From assembly GCF_003231495.1 (NCBI RefSeq), contig NZ_PQWO01000002.1:180001-212000 (forward strand): 32,000 nucleotides of DNA, in the 5' to 3' direction. Origin of the DNA: Acaryochloris thomasi RCC1774. Its GTDB lineage: Bacteria; Cyanobacteriota; Cyanobacteriia; Thermosynechococcales; Thermosynechococcaceae. Numbering within the stretch: the first letter of the stretch is position 1; the number at the start of each line of letters is the position of its first letter. A program made the translations under genes and the position numbers. Shown in pieces: positions 9,330-18,179 of the stretch. The notes beneath the pieces are model-generated. The model worked only from the letters and a program-made list of their open reading frames with translations. It made no database searches and was not told where the DNA came from.

Positions 9330-9353
9330 GTCAAGACGGCATGCTGTCTTGAC
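9330..9353. promoter_or_regulatory. 24-bp near-perfect palindrome upstream of the RHH gene (candidate operator or surE-distal hairpin)
   Basis: gtcaagacgGCATGCtgtcttgac has one mismatched pair in 12. It contains and abuts TTGAC(A/G) motifs (9325-9330, 9349-9354) and lies 59 nt upstream of the ATG at 9413. Confidence 0.35.
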
Positions 9354-9412
9354 AGCCTAAAATAGGATCGTTAAGCTAATCAACATACCCGGGTACATCA
9401 GTACAAAGTTAT

Positions 9413-9748
9413 ATGCACAATAAGCAAGACAAGCAAAAAGTTACGCTCTACCTGCCTCCTGACCTGCACCGTCAGCTCAAGATTCAGGCAGCAGTCGATG
9501 CAGAGGCCATGTCTACTCTGGCAGAACAAGCGCTCAGTTTTTACCTTGCTCATTCTGATGTAGTCGCGGCGGTAGAGGACTCGGTTAATGGTGCGACTCA
9601 TCAGGTTCATGCCTGCCCTGAATGTGGAACGTCTGTGGTTCTGCGCTCCGGTGAGATGGTGGCCCTCAAAGATCAGCCCAGTATGTTAAGTGACGATGGA
9701 CTCAAGGTTCAGCCTGCAGCGGAAGAGTTAGTGACGGCCGGGGTTTAA
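9413..9748 (+). CDS. Small ribbon-helix-helix-like protein with a C-terminal H-x2-H-x-C-x2-C motif
   Basis: KVTLYLPPDLHRQLKIQAAVDAEAMSTLAEQALSFYL has the beta-strand/helix/helix pattern of Arc/MetJ/CopG (RHH) DNA binders. The C-terminal half contains HQVHACPECG. No specific family was recognised. Confidence 0.55.
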   Translation: MHNKQDKQKVTLYLPPDLHRQLKIQAAVDAEAMSTLAEQALSFYLAHSDVVAAVEDSVNGATHQVHACPECGTSVVLRSGEMVALKDQPSMLSDDGLKVQPAAEELVTAGV

Positions 9749-9822
9749 TCCCCTCAGTCAAGAGCTTGAGTTGTTTGGTCCATGCGCGATTAATTATTCG
9801 CACCGCGCTCGGATGAGATGCC

Positions 9823-11322
9823 ATGCAAGAAGAGTTGAGTATTTTAATCAAGGCTCAATACCCCTTGATCTACCTCATCACTCCTGAGGAGGAGCGTGCT
9901 GAGCAGGCAATTGATTTGATTGCCAAGACGACGGGGCACCAGCGGCGGCTGTTCGTGTGGACGATGACGCAAGGTACCACTGAGTATGGTCAAGATCGAG
10001 GTGCGCCTCATAATACAGTAGCGCCGCAGATGGCGATTCAGGATGCGCTCCGACGGCAGGATGATGCGATCTATGTTTTTAAAGACCTGCATCCGTTTTT
10101 GGATAGCCCTGAGGTAGTGCGGTGGTTGCGAGATGCGATCGCAACCTTCAAAGGCACCAACCGCTCCATCATTCTCATGTCTCCTATCCAGCAAGTCCCT
10201 GTAGAGCTGGAAAAAGATGTGGTTGTCCTAGATTATCCGCTGCCCACCATGTCAGAGATCGACGACGTTCTGACTGAGCGGCTGGAGGGCTCTCTGATCT
10301 CTACTGATACCCGCGAGAAGCTGCTGAAAGCGGCTCTGGGCCTGACTCGGGATGAAGCGGAGAAAGTTTATCGTAAAGCTAACGTCACTGCCGGGAAGCT
10401 GACTGAGACAGAAGTAGACATTGTTCTGACTGAGAAAAAGCAGCTGATCCGTCGCAACGGTATTCTGGAGTACATCGACTTTGACGAAACCATCGAATCT
10501 ATAGGTGGTCTAGAAGAACTCAAGCATTGGCTCCAGCAGCGCTCTAACGCCTTCACCGAGCGTGCGCGCGAATATGGTCTGCCTCAGCCTAAAGGGATGC
10601 TGATTTTGGGCGTCCCTGGCTGCGGTAAGTCGCTGATTGCCAAGACTACTTCCCGGCTGTGGGGACTGCCGCTTCTAAGGTTAGATATGGGGCGTGTCTA
10701 CGATGGCTCAATGGTGGGTCGTTCAGAGGCTAATCTTCGAAGTGCTCTGAAAACAGCCGAATCTATTTCTCCTGCTATTTTGTTCATTGATGAAATGGAC
10801 AAAGCCTTCGCTGGTGGAACTGGAGGTGCTGATTCCGATGGCGGCACTTCTAGCCGTATCTTTGGCTCTTTCCTCACCTGGATGCAGGAGAAAAGCTCTC
10901 CTGTGTTTGTGATGGCTACCGCCAACCGGGTTGATCGGCTGCCCGGCGAGTTTTTGCGCAAGGGGCGCTTTGACGAAATATTTTTTGTGGATCTGCCGAC
11001 CCCAGAAGAGCGGCAGCAGATTTTTACAATCCATCTATTAAAACGCCGTCAAGATATAGAGCGTTTTGATATTCCCCAGTTGGCAAACGTTTGCGACGGA
11101 TTCTCCGGTGCAGAAATAGAGCAGGCCATTGTGGCAGCCATGTACGAGGCATTTGCCCAAGACCGCGAGTTTACTCAACTGGATATTATTGCAGCGAGTC
11201 GAGCTACCCTACCGCTCTCGAAGACGATGACCGAGCAAGTCACTGCTCTCAGAGACTGGGCCAGACAGAGGGCTAGACCGGCTGCAGCCTCCGTCGCTGA
11301 GTACCAGCGACTGGAGTTTTAA
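9823..11322 (+). CDS. ycf46: AAA+ ATPase, Ycf46 family
   Basis: Walker A is GVPGCGKSLIAK and Walker B is AILFIDEMDKAF, followed by VFVMATANRVDRLPGEFLRKGRFDEIFFVDLP. The ~500 aa length with a long N-terminal non-ATPase region is typical of cyanobacterial/plastid Ycf46. Confidence 0.85.
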   Translation: MQEELSILIKAQYPLIYLITPEEERAEQAIDLIAKTTGHQRRLFVWTMTQGTTEYGQDRGAPHNTVAPQMAIQDALRRQDDAIYVFKDLHPFLDSPEVVRWLRDAIATFKGTNRSIILMSPIQQVPVELEKDVVVLDYPLPTMSEIDDVLTERLEGSLISTDTREKLLKAALGLTRDEAEKVYRKANVTAGKLTETEVDIVLTEKKQLIRRNGILEYIDFDETIESIGGLEELKHWLQQRSNAFTERAREYGLPQPKGMLILGVPGCGKSLIAKTTSRLWGLPLLRLDMGRVYDGSMVGRSEANLRSALKTAESISPAILFIDEMDKAFAGGTGGADSDGGTSSRIFGSFLTWMQEKSSPVFVMATANRVDRLPGEFLRKGRFDEIFFVDLPTPEERQQIFTIHLLKRRQDIERFDIPQLANVCDGFSGAEIEQAIVAAMYEAFAQDREFTQLDIIAASRATLPLSKTMTEQVTALRDWARQRARPAAASVAEYQRLEF

Positions 11323-11326
11323 AAGA

Positions 11327-11351
11327 TTTCTCCTGCTCCCAACAGGAGAAA
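11327..11351 (+). terminator. Hairpin immediately after the ycf46 stop
   Basis: tttctcctg-ctcccaa-caggagaaa forms a 9-bp stem. No U-tract follows, so it may act as a partial terminator or processing site between ycf46 and ycf35. Confidence 0.35.
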
Positions 11352-11455
11352 CGGCTAGCACAGCGCTTGCCACATTAACCAGAGATGCTTTCAGTTATCT
11401 ATCTCTGTATTGAATCAGTTACGTTACCCATCTCAAATTTTCGGAGGAAAATCCC

Positions 11456-11809
11456 ATGTCTCACTTTAGTACGCTTCGCACCAAAATCTCTGACGCTGAG
11501 GTGCTCAAGTCCTCTCTCAAGGATTTGGGTATCGCTACCAAGACTGAAGCTGACGTACGCGGCTACAACGGCCAGCGCGTCCGAGCTGACCTAGTCGCAG
11601 TTCTCGAAGGCGAATATGATCTCGGCTGGTCTCGCAACACAGATGGTTCTTTTGACCTGATTGCAGATCTCTGGGGCGTTGCAAAGAAGCACAATCAGAC
11701 TGAGTTAATCAATTCCATCAACCAGAAGTACGCTGTCAACAAAACATTGGCAGAAGTCAAGCGTCCTGGCCTACAGAACGCAAACGTGAAGCTGATGGTT
11801 CACAGCTAG
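11456..11809 (+). CDS. ycf35: Ycf35 / DUF1257 family protein
   Basis: MSHFSTLRTKISDAEVLKSSLKDLGI...VRGYNGQRVRADLV...YDLGWSRNTDGSFDLIADLWGV matches the Ycf35 (DUF1257) pattern as remembered. GGAGGA sits 7 nt upstream of the ATG. Confidence 0.75.
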   Translation: MSHFSTLRTKISDAEVLKSSLKDLGIATKTEADVRGYNGQRVRADLVAVLEGEYDLGWSRNTDGSFDLIADLWGVAKKHNQTELINSINQKYAVNKTLAEVKRPGLQNANVKLMVHS

Positions 11810-11835
11810 CGCACTTAGTACGCTTCCAAACCTGA

Positions 11836-11864
11836 GGGCTGGCTGTCTTAGCTGGCCCTTTTTT
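11836..11864 (+). terminator. Rho-independent terminator after ycf35
   Basis: gggctggc-tgtctta-gctggccc forms an 8-bp stem with two G-U pairs and is followed by tttttt (11859-11864). Confidence 0.65.
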
Positions 11865-12174
11865 ATTATCTGGGGCATCAATACAATCAACAGTTCTCTT
11901 GCGTAAATCTGCAAACACTTCTGCGTTGTCCTCCTCAGTCCCCTAATTTGTGGGGGCAGTGTAATAGGTCTGGAAAATCTCAAGAATACCGCTTGTTCAA
12001 GTTTCGATGCCTTACCCATAAGTTGTGAAACTCAGTCCCAGCCTATATTCTCCCCCTTTAAAAAAGGAGGCTAGATCCCAGCCTTCGTATGACTTGTCGA
12101 AATTGTGTGTAAGGCACAGGTCTAAAGTCGCACGAAACAACAGATACTCAAAGTAATTGCTGGATTCAATCAAG

Positions 12175-12822
12175 ATGACAGTCGTTCTCGCCACACCTCT
12201 AAGCCAAATTGAACTCACGCCAGGGAGCGCCATACGCGTTAGTGACGTTTCTTGGAACGCCTATCTTGCTCTTCTCTCTGAGCTAGGAAACAATCGTGCA
12301 ACTCGAATTGCCTATGACAATGGAGTTCTGGAAATTAGAATGCCAGGTCCACGACATGAAGTGATCAATCGCGTTTTAGCCGCTATTATCTCTGCACTGG
12401 CAGAAGAAATGGATTCAGAGTTCAATAGTTTAGGCTCAGTGACTTTGAACCAACAAAAGTTAGCCAAAGGGATAGAACCCGATAGCTGCTTTTATATTCA
12501 AAATGCACGGGCAGGGCAAGGCATCGAGACTGATTTATCTTTAGATCCACCGCCAGATTTAGCTCTAGAAGTAGATATTGCGAACCCTTCAGATAGTAAG
12601 CTGCCCGTCTATCTCGCCTTAGGGGTGCCAGAAGTCTGGCTGTATCAACAAGAATCTATTGTGATTAAGTGCCTCCAAAACGGTAAGTATGAAGACCTAC
12701 AAATGAGTCAAGCCTTCCCTAACGTGAGTGCTGTTCAACTGAATCAGTGGCTGCAGCTACGCACCACAGGAACTGACTTAACGGTTATCAGAGCTATCAG
12801 GCAGTTTTGTCAGGAGGCTTAA
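12175..12822 (+). CDS. Uma2-family (DUF820) PD-(D/E)XK endonuclease
   Basis: W..YLALL....RIAYDNGVLEIRMPGPRHE, IEPDSCFYI, PPDLALEVDIANPS and GVPEVWLY are the hallmark Uma2 blocks. The track ORF starts at TTG 12157. The ATG at 12175 is preferred. Confidence 0.8.
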   Translation: MTVVLATPLSQIELTPGSAIRVSDVSWNAYLALLSELGNNRATRIAYDNGVLEIRMPGPRHEVINRVLAAIISALAEEMDSEFNSLGSVTLNQQKLAKGIEPDSCFYIQNARAGQGIETDLSLDPPPDLALEVDIANPSDSKLPVYLALGVPEVWLYQQESIVIKCLQNGKYEDLQMSQAFPNVSAVQLNQWLQLRTTGTDLTVIRAIRQFCQEA

Positions 12823-12842
12823 GGCTGGCTTTTTGCGATGGT

Positions 12843-14294
12843 CTACAACCGGCCTTCGGCTATCGCATCCCGCAAACGCCCTAAATCAGCCTTGCGCTGA
12901 TGGAGCAATAGCCACGACTCCATGAGATCTGGTCCTTTTAGAGCACCAGTTAATGCTGCTCGAAGTGACTTCATCACTAACCCCTTCTTTACGCCTTGAT
13001 CCTTGACGACCTGCTTGATAATAGACTGGGCTGCCTCTGCAGAAAACTCTTCGAGAGCAGAGAGCCCGTCGGCAAGGGACTGTAGGGCTGCTGAGACGCC
13101 ATCTTGCTGGAGCTGTGTCACCGCCTCTTCACTGAAGTCAACGGACTCCACGAACAAAAACTGGCTCATGTCTACGCAGTCTTTCAGTCGCGTCAGGCTG
13201 GGACCAATCAGGGCCGTAAGCTGCTCTAGCCAGGGTCGGTCTGCCACTGGATCGAAGGTAAAGCCAGCGGCTTGCCAATAGGGAATTAAGCGATCCACCA
13301 GCTCTGCAGCAGGCATGGGGTGTAGGTACTGGCTGTTAATCCAGTCCAACTTATCCCAGTCGAATTTAGCGCCTGCTTTGTTGACGCGCTCAAAGCTAAA
13401 CTGCTCAGCAGCGTCTTTTAGTGAGAACAGCTCCTGTGTCGCGTCTGGGGGCGACCACCCGAGTAGGGTCATGTAGTTGGCAAGAGCTTCAGCCGTAAAC
13501 CCCATGTCTTGGAAGTCAGAAATCGAGGTCACGCCGTCCCGCTTGGAGAGCTTTCGGCCCTCTGGATTGAGAATCAGGGGCGTATGAGAAAAGACGGGGA
13601 CTGTGCCCCCAAGGGCTTCGTAAAGCAAAATCTGCTTCGCAGTATTTGCAATGTGGTCTTCTCCGCGAATCACGTGAGAGATTTTCATATCCAGGTCATC
13701 GACGACCACCGCGAGATTATAGAGCGGCTGGCCAATCTCACCGCTGGCGTTGGCGCGGGCAATCACCATATCGCCGCCGAGGTCGCTGCCTTTCCAGTTC
13801 ATGGGGCCGCGCACGAGGTCGGTCCAGGCAATGTGGCCATCGTCGTCAATCTTGAATCGAATGACCGGCTGTCGCCCTTCGGCAATGAAGGCGTCCTCTT
13901 GCTCCTTGGAGAGGTCACGATGACGGTTGTCATAGCGGGGCGCTTCTTTGCGAGCTTTCTGGCCTTCACGCAGCCCATCAAGCTCTTCTGGGGTTGTATA
14001 GCAGCGATAGGCTAAGCCCTGGTCGAGCAGCTTTTGAATAGCCTGGTGGTATTGATCAATGCGCTCAGACTGAAAGATGGGGCCTTCGTCCCAGTTGAGG
14101 CCCAGCCAGCTAAGACCGTCGAGGATATTTTGGGTGTATTGGGGTTGCGATCGCACCTCGTCAGTATCTTCAATCCGCAGAATGAACTGACCCTGGTGAT
14201 GGCGGGCAAACAGCCAGTTGAACACCGCTGTTCGGGCGGTGCCGATGTGCAAATTTCCGGTGGGGCTAGGGGCGATGCGGACTCGAACGGTCAC
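12843..14294 (-). CDS. gltX: Glutamate--tRNA ligase
   Basis: [28 protein letters not shown] carries the HIGH motif and KLSKRDG carries the KMSKS motif. 483 aa. Confidence 0.95.
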   Translation of the reverse strand: MTVRVRIAPSPTGNLHIGTARTAVFNWLFARHHQGQFILRIEDTDEVRSQPQYTQNILDGLSWLGLNWDEGPIFQSERIDQYHQAIQKLLDQGLAYRCYTTPEELDGLREGQKARKEAPRYDNRHRDLSKEQEDAFIAEGRQPVIRFKIDDDGHIAWTDLVRGPMNWKGSDLGGDMVIARANASGEIGQPLYNLAVVVDDLDMKISHVIRGEDHIANTAKQILLYEALGGTVPVFSHTPLILNPEGRKLSKRDGVTSISDFQDMGFTAEALANYMTLLGWSPPDATQELFSLKDAAEQFSFERVNKAGAKFDWDKLDWINSQYLHPMPAAELVDRLIPYWQAAGFTFDPVADRPWLEQLTALIGPSLTRLKDCVDMSQFLFVESVDFSEEAVTQLQQDGVSAALQSLADGLSALEEFSAEAAQSIIKQVVKDQGVKKGLVMKSLRAALTGALKGPDLMESWLLLHQRKADLGRLRDAIAEGRL

Positions 14295-14428
14295 GTTAAC
14301 TCTCTCATTAAAATGCAGGAACTATCCTTGACTCTAAAGGGCTAGCCTAAAGTTGGTCAACGATATGACACAACAACCTCTGGGGCTGTGTGTAGTTTGC
14401 TTATGTAAACTTCTGGAAGCGATAAAAA

Positions 14429-14502
14429 CGGGACTGACGGGATTCGAACCCGCAACTTCCGCCGTGACAGGGCGGTGCTCTAACCAGTTGAACTACAGTC
14501 CC
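14429..14502 (-). tRNA. trnD: tRNA-Asp (GUC)
   Basis: The reverse complement folds as a cloverleaf. Acceptor stem GGGACUG/CAGUCCC, D stem GUUC/GAGC, anticodon stem CCGCC/GGCGG with loop CUGUCAC (anticodon GUC), T arm GCGGG-UUCGAAU-CCCGU, discriminator G. 74 nt. CCA is not encoded. Confidence 0.9.
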
Positions 14503-14520
14503 CTATTCAGGGCAACCTTC

Positions 14521-14549
14521 ATTGTGCAAATAGAAAGGAAATTTGTCAA
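14521..14549 (-). promoter_or_regulatory. Candidate sigma70-type promoter for tRNA-Asp
   Basis: The minus strand reads TTGACA (14549-14544), then 17 nt, then CACAAT (14526-14521), ending 18 nt upstream of the tRNA 5' end. Confidence 0.3.
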
Positions 14550-14585
14550 ACAATTAGTCGTTGACGGGACACCACGGTCAGTGGT

Positions 14586-14939
14586 TCAGTGGACCCGCTG
14601 GGCTAAAAGCTGCTCTTCTAGAACCGCAATGCGATTATAGGCGGCCGTCAATTGGGCGGTTAGCCTTTGAATCTGAACTTCTGGCGTCAGTGGCTTGTCA
14701 CCACCGTGACGGTCAATGTCAAAGGACTGGGAGTCTAGCAACACATCCTTGTGACTCAGTTCGGCTTCTGAAGCTGTGACTCTCTTGCTGGGTTGGGCAG
14801 CTAAAGGAGTCGTCCCTTTATGGTCTTCGGCTTGAGTTAAGAGAACGGTGGTTAGCTTGAGATTTAGCTCTTCAACGACCTGCTGTAGGGCATCAATTTT
14901 TGTGTTCACAACCGTAAGTTGCTGCGGATGTGCTTCCAT
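14586..14939 (-). CDS. Hypothetical coiled-coil protein (117 aa)
   Basis: Both termini are heptad-like (IDALQQVVEELNLKL; IQRLTAQLTAAYNRIAVLEEQLL) around a polar linker. No family was recognised. The coding call rests on ORF length and amino-acid composition only. Confidence 0.45.
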   Translation of the reverse strand: MEAHPQQLTVVNTKIDALQQVVEELNLKLTTVLLTQAEDHKGTTPLAAQPSKRVTASEAELSHKDVLLDSQSFDIDRHGGDKPLTPEVQIQRLTAQLTAAYNRIAVLEEQLLAQRVH

Positions 14940-15340
14940 CTGGAGGCCCTCACATTATTTTACTGCTTCCATATTAAGGACATCACTTAGTAAAAGGGGG
15001 CGATTTTTCTGCAGGGATTATGAATAAAAACGGAAGTTTTGAAGGTCGCAGATCGGCCTTGATATTTCTCTTTAGAGAGACCAGAGAATTCTCTATAGGT
15101 GGAAGCCCTGCTCTCATTTGTTTTCAAGAAAACTATCTTGAATTAAAGACGGGTACTGCAGATTCTTCGAGGTTAGTTGACGATCGAGAATAGTCACAAT
15201 TCTTAGGAGAAATGTGAGTGCTAGTAGGGATGCGATCGCAACAGCCAAAACAAAACTTCATCTTATGCAGCACACGTATTGAGCAGCACATAAAAATGCC
15301 TGAAACACATCTTTGCTAGGGAAGGGTTGCCCTAACTCAG

Positions 15341-16387
15341 CTAGGTACTGCTCTCTCGAGCGCTAGTTCCCGATTTCTTGAGTGACTTCAACGTTCCGCC
15401 GAATGCCAAGTCTTGCACCCTTGAGCTACGGAGCAAATCATGGGGAAACCCGAGTGAAACTTGGCTCACTTGATTGAGCTGCTGGATATGCTTGGGAGCC
15501 AGCGTAAAGGCCAAGCAGCCTAGATTATCTAGCAGCTGTTCTGGATTCCGTGCCCCAAGAATAGGAATGATGCCGCTGGGCTGCTGCCGAATCCAGTTGA
15601 GGGCAACTTGAGCTGGAGAGCGGTCAATCTCCGCCGCGATCTGGAGAACAAGGGCCGCAATATCTAAGTCTCGTTGTTCAATCTTAACTAAGGCGTCAGG
15701 ATCGCTGAGGCGGCCAGTAGTAGGCGTTTCCTGGTTGTATTTTCCCGTCAATACTCCGCCGCCCAGAGGACTCCAAGCCGTGATGCCCAGGTGCATGGCT
15801 GCAGCCATCGGCAAGAGTTCTCGATCCGGCGTCCGCTGCCTAAGTGAGTATTCAATCTGGAGACCAATAAAAGAGGTCCAGCCCCGCAGGCTAGCTAAGG
15901 TGTTGGCTTGGGCAATCACCCAGGCGGGGGTATCTGAGACCCCGATGTAAAGGACTTTCCCGGCGCTCACGAGATCGTCGAAGGCGCGCATGACTTCTGC
16001 GACGGGGGTGGTAAAGTCCCAGGCATGGAGCCATAGAATATCGAGGTAGTCGAGCTGTAGGCGTTTGAGGCTGGCTTCGACGGCCTGCACCATATTTTTG
16101 CGGTGATTGCCGCCGGTATTGATGTCTCCTGCGGTGTTGAATGTGTATTTTGTGGCGACAACCCAGTGATCTCGTTCTTTTGCCACCAACTGACCGACAT
16201 ATTGTTCGCTGGTGCCGTTGGTGTATAAATTCGCCGTATCAATAAAATTGCCGCCCGCTTCGGCAAAGATCTCAAACATCTGCTGGCAGGTCTCAAAGTC
16301 TGCACCCCGGCCTTGGCCAAAGGTCATCGTGCCGAGACACAGCTCAGAGACCCGTAACCCACTGTTGCCCAAAAGCTGATACTGCAT
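15341..16387 (-). CDS. Aldo/keto reductase family oxidoreductase
   Basis: MQYQLLGNSGLRVSELCLGTMTFGQ, NFIDTANLY..G.SE and DYLDILWLHAWD are canonical AKR blocks (Tas/YajO-like). Confidence 0.9.
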   Translation of the reverse strand: MQYQLLGNSGLRVSELCLGTMTFGQGRGADFETCQQMFEIFAEAGGNFIDTANLYTNGTSEQYVGQLVAKERDHWVVATKYTFNTAGDINTGGNHRKNMVQAVEASLKRLQLDYLDILWLHAWDFTTPVAEVMRAFDDLVSAGKVLYIGVSDTPAWVIAQANTLASLRGWTSFIGLQIEYSLRQRTPDRELLPMAAAMHLGITAWSPLGGGVLTGKYNQETPTTGRLSDPDALVKIEQRDLDIAALVLQIAAEIDRSPAQVALNWIRQQPSGIIPILGARNPEQLLDNLGCLAFTLAPKHIQQLNQVSQVSLGFPHDLLRSSRVQDLAFGGTLKSLKKSGTSARESST

Positions 16388-16462
16388 GGCCCTAATGGAA
16401 CGATGTATATATACGCTTATACTCTATACCTTGATCTCTGAGTCCGTAGATGGATAAAGGGT

Positions 16463-17497
16463 TTAGAATAGCTGCCAGTCTTGGGAGCTGAGCAGCTTGA
16501 GCTGAGCGAGTCGGTGGGAAAAATAGCTAGAACTAAGCTGGCTGAAATTGTGGATTTTTGCATGGGTCAAACTAATCGCCCACATCCAAATATGGGCAGT
16601 TTGGGTGAAGGCCTGCAGGCCATTCAGCTCTTCTGGCGTAACGGTTTGCACCGTTTGATATCCCTCTAAGAATGCGTCTCGGGCTTTGCGATGCATGCCG
16701 GTTCGCAGAGATGTTTGCAGAAACTTGGCAATCTCAAAAGCCCGCCAGCCGTAACCACACTGATCAAAGTCGAACAGGGTAACGTGGTTATCTTCGGTGA
16801 AGTGAGCGTTGCCGCTGTGGGGGTCGCCCCAGCAAATACTCCAGTAGGGCTGCTCCTGGGGCATATCCTGAAGCTGAGTTTTGATCTCTTCGATGATGTC
16901 GACAAGATAGGTGAGGTCAGAGTTGCGATCGCACAAAAAAGGCGAAATAATCTCAAGAGAGTCATCCAGCAAATAATCCAAGGTTAGAGGCTGACGCTGA
17001 GAACGGGGCTGAAAATCGGTCGCCACTTGATGAATCTTGGCCACCGTTTCTCCCAACGTATAGCCCTGATCTTGATCCAAATCGCCCTGGGCAATCTGAC
17101 CCGGTGCATAGCCAAATAGAGCTGCATATCGCAAACCCTCAGGTGCTTGAATTTCGATACACAGATCTCCTGCTTTGGTAACCAACGGCGAAGCCACTGG
17201 AATATGATGCGATCGCAGAAAAACAAGCAGCTCAAGTTCAAAATCGATCTCAGCTTTAGAGCGCCAGTGTGTATGGGAAATGCGCAATACATAGTGAGCC
17301 GTTGGCGTCTCAATCAGATAGACATCGCTGAGGCCACGATGCCAGAGCTGACAACTGGTTGCCTCCTCCACACTGTAGGCAGGCATTACCCTGTGCAAAA
17401 TGGCATTGCAAGCAAGCGTTGAATACGTGACCGGAAATATATGTTCAGCCATATTTTGAAACCCTCCCCTTGCCGCTGAACGATTCCGCAGTGGCAT
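16463..17497 (-). CDS. APH/ChoK-type phosphotransferase (homoserine kinase type II-like fold)
   Basis: The catalytic loop is GDPHSGNAHF and the Mg-binding motif is LFDFDQCGYGW. A more likely start is the ATG at 17452 (MAEHIF...), which has GGAGG 10 nt upstream. Confidence 0.75.
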   Translation of the reverse strand: MPLRNRSAARGGFQNMAEHIFPVTYSTLACNAILHRVMPAYSVEEATSCQLWHRGLSDVYLIETPTAHYVLRISHTHWRSKAEIDFELELLVFLRSHHIPVASPLVTKAGDLCIEIQAPEGLRYAALFGYAPGQIAQGDLDQDQGYTLGETVAKIHQVATDFQPRSQRQPLTLDYLLDDSLEIISPFLCDRNSDLTYLVDIIEEIKTQLQDMPQEQPYWSICWGDPHSGNAHFTEDNHVTLFDFDQCGYGWRAFEIAKFLQTSLRTGMHRKARDAFLEGYQTVQTVTPEELNGLQAFTQTAHIWMWAISLTHAKIHNFSQLSSSYFSHRLAQLKLLSSQDWQLF

Positions 17498-18179
17498 ATT
17501 CCTTGGAATAGATTCGCTGGGGCATTGAGTATCCGAAACTAGATTAGAAAGCCACTCGATTTCAGCAGCTACCTTTGCTAAGCGTCCTTCTACTCTGAGC
17601 TAGCTTTGGGATCGAGAATGTAGCTGTTATTACCAGGCAAGTAAGTCATGTTTATAAATTCTCATTGAGTTGTATCACCTGAGTACGCCGATCAACCATC
17701 CACGACCTGCCCCGGAAATCAGTTCTATCGTGAGCACAACTGAGCTTAGGATTAGTCCATTTTGTCGCCCCCTATTGTGTAGTGGCATCGACGCGGAAGC
17801 TGCTCTAAATGGCTCTGAAATCTAGTTCTGACTCGCTGCACTTACCCCTAAGTTGCCCAGAAAATTATCGAGATGTGGGCTTAGCGATTGTGCCACTTAT
17901 GTAACTGCCCATTTATGAGTGAGTCGTCTCTATCAACCCATTTATTGCTTGATCATTAAGCGAATGAATATGGGTACTATTCCAATAGGCGCACTTCCAC
18001 TACGCAGTATTTTGATACTGTGTTCGGAAACATCGCTAGGCTCAATCCCCAACACAAGTTGAGAAAAGCTTTCTCTTAGTTTTCTTGAAGCGTGTCAGGG
18101 AGATCCTTCGAAGGGTTTATCGCCCCATTCGACAAACTGATTTATCAATATTCTTCCTAGCAAGCAAAGCGGGCAAGCT

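Noticed and set aside
11771-12233. Two minus-strand ORFs (82 and 73 aa) in the ycf35/Uma2 spacer.
   Set aside because: They overlap the ycf35 terminator and the Uma2 start, have atypical composition and match no recognisable family. They are probably non-coding.
13509-14015. A 168-aa plus-strand ORF, with other ORFs at 13003-13281, 13646-13855 and 14034-14345.
   Set aside because: They are antisense shadow ORFs inside the well-supported gltX gene, with low-complexity R/G/A-rich translations.
14353-14640. A 95-aa plus-strand ORF.
   Set aside because: It runs across the tRNA-Asp gene on the opposite strand and has no protein-like features.
15020-15193. A 57-codon plus-strand ORF (MNKNGSFEGRRSALIFLF…) in the 400-bp spacer.
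   Set aside because: It has no RBS, is AT-rich with atypical codon usage and matches no recognisable family. It is on the opposite strand to both neighbours.
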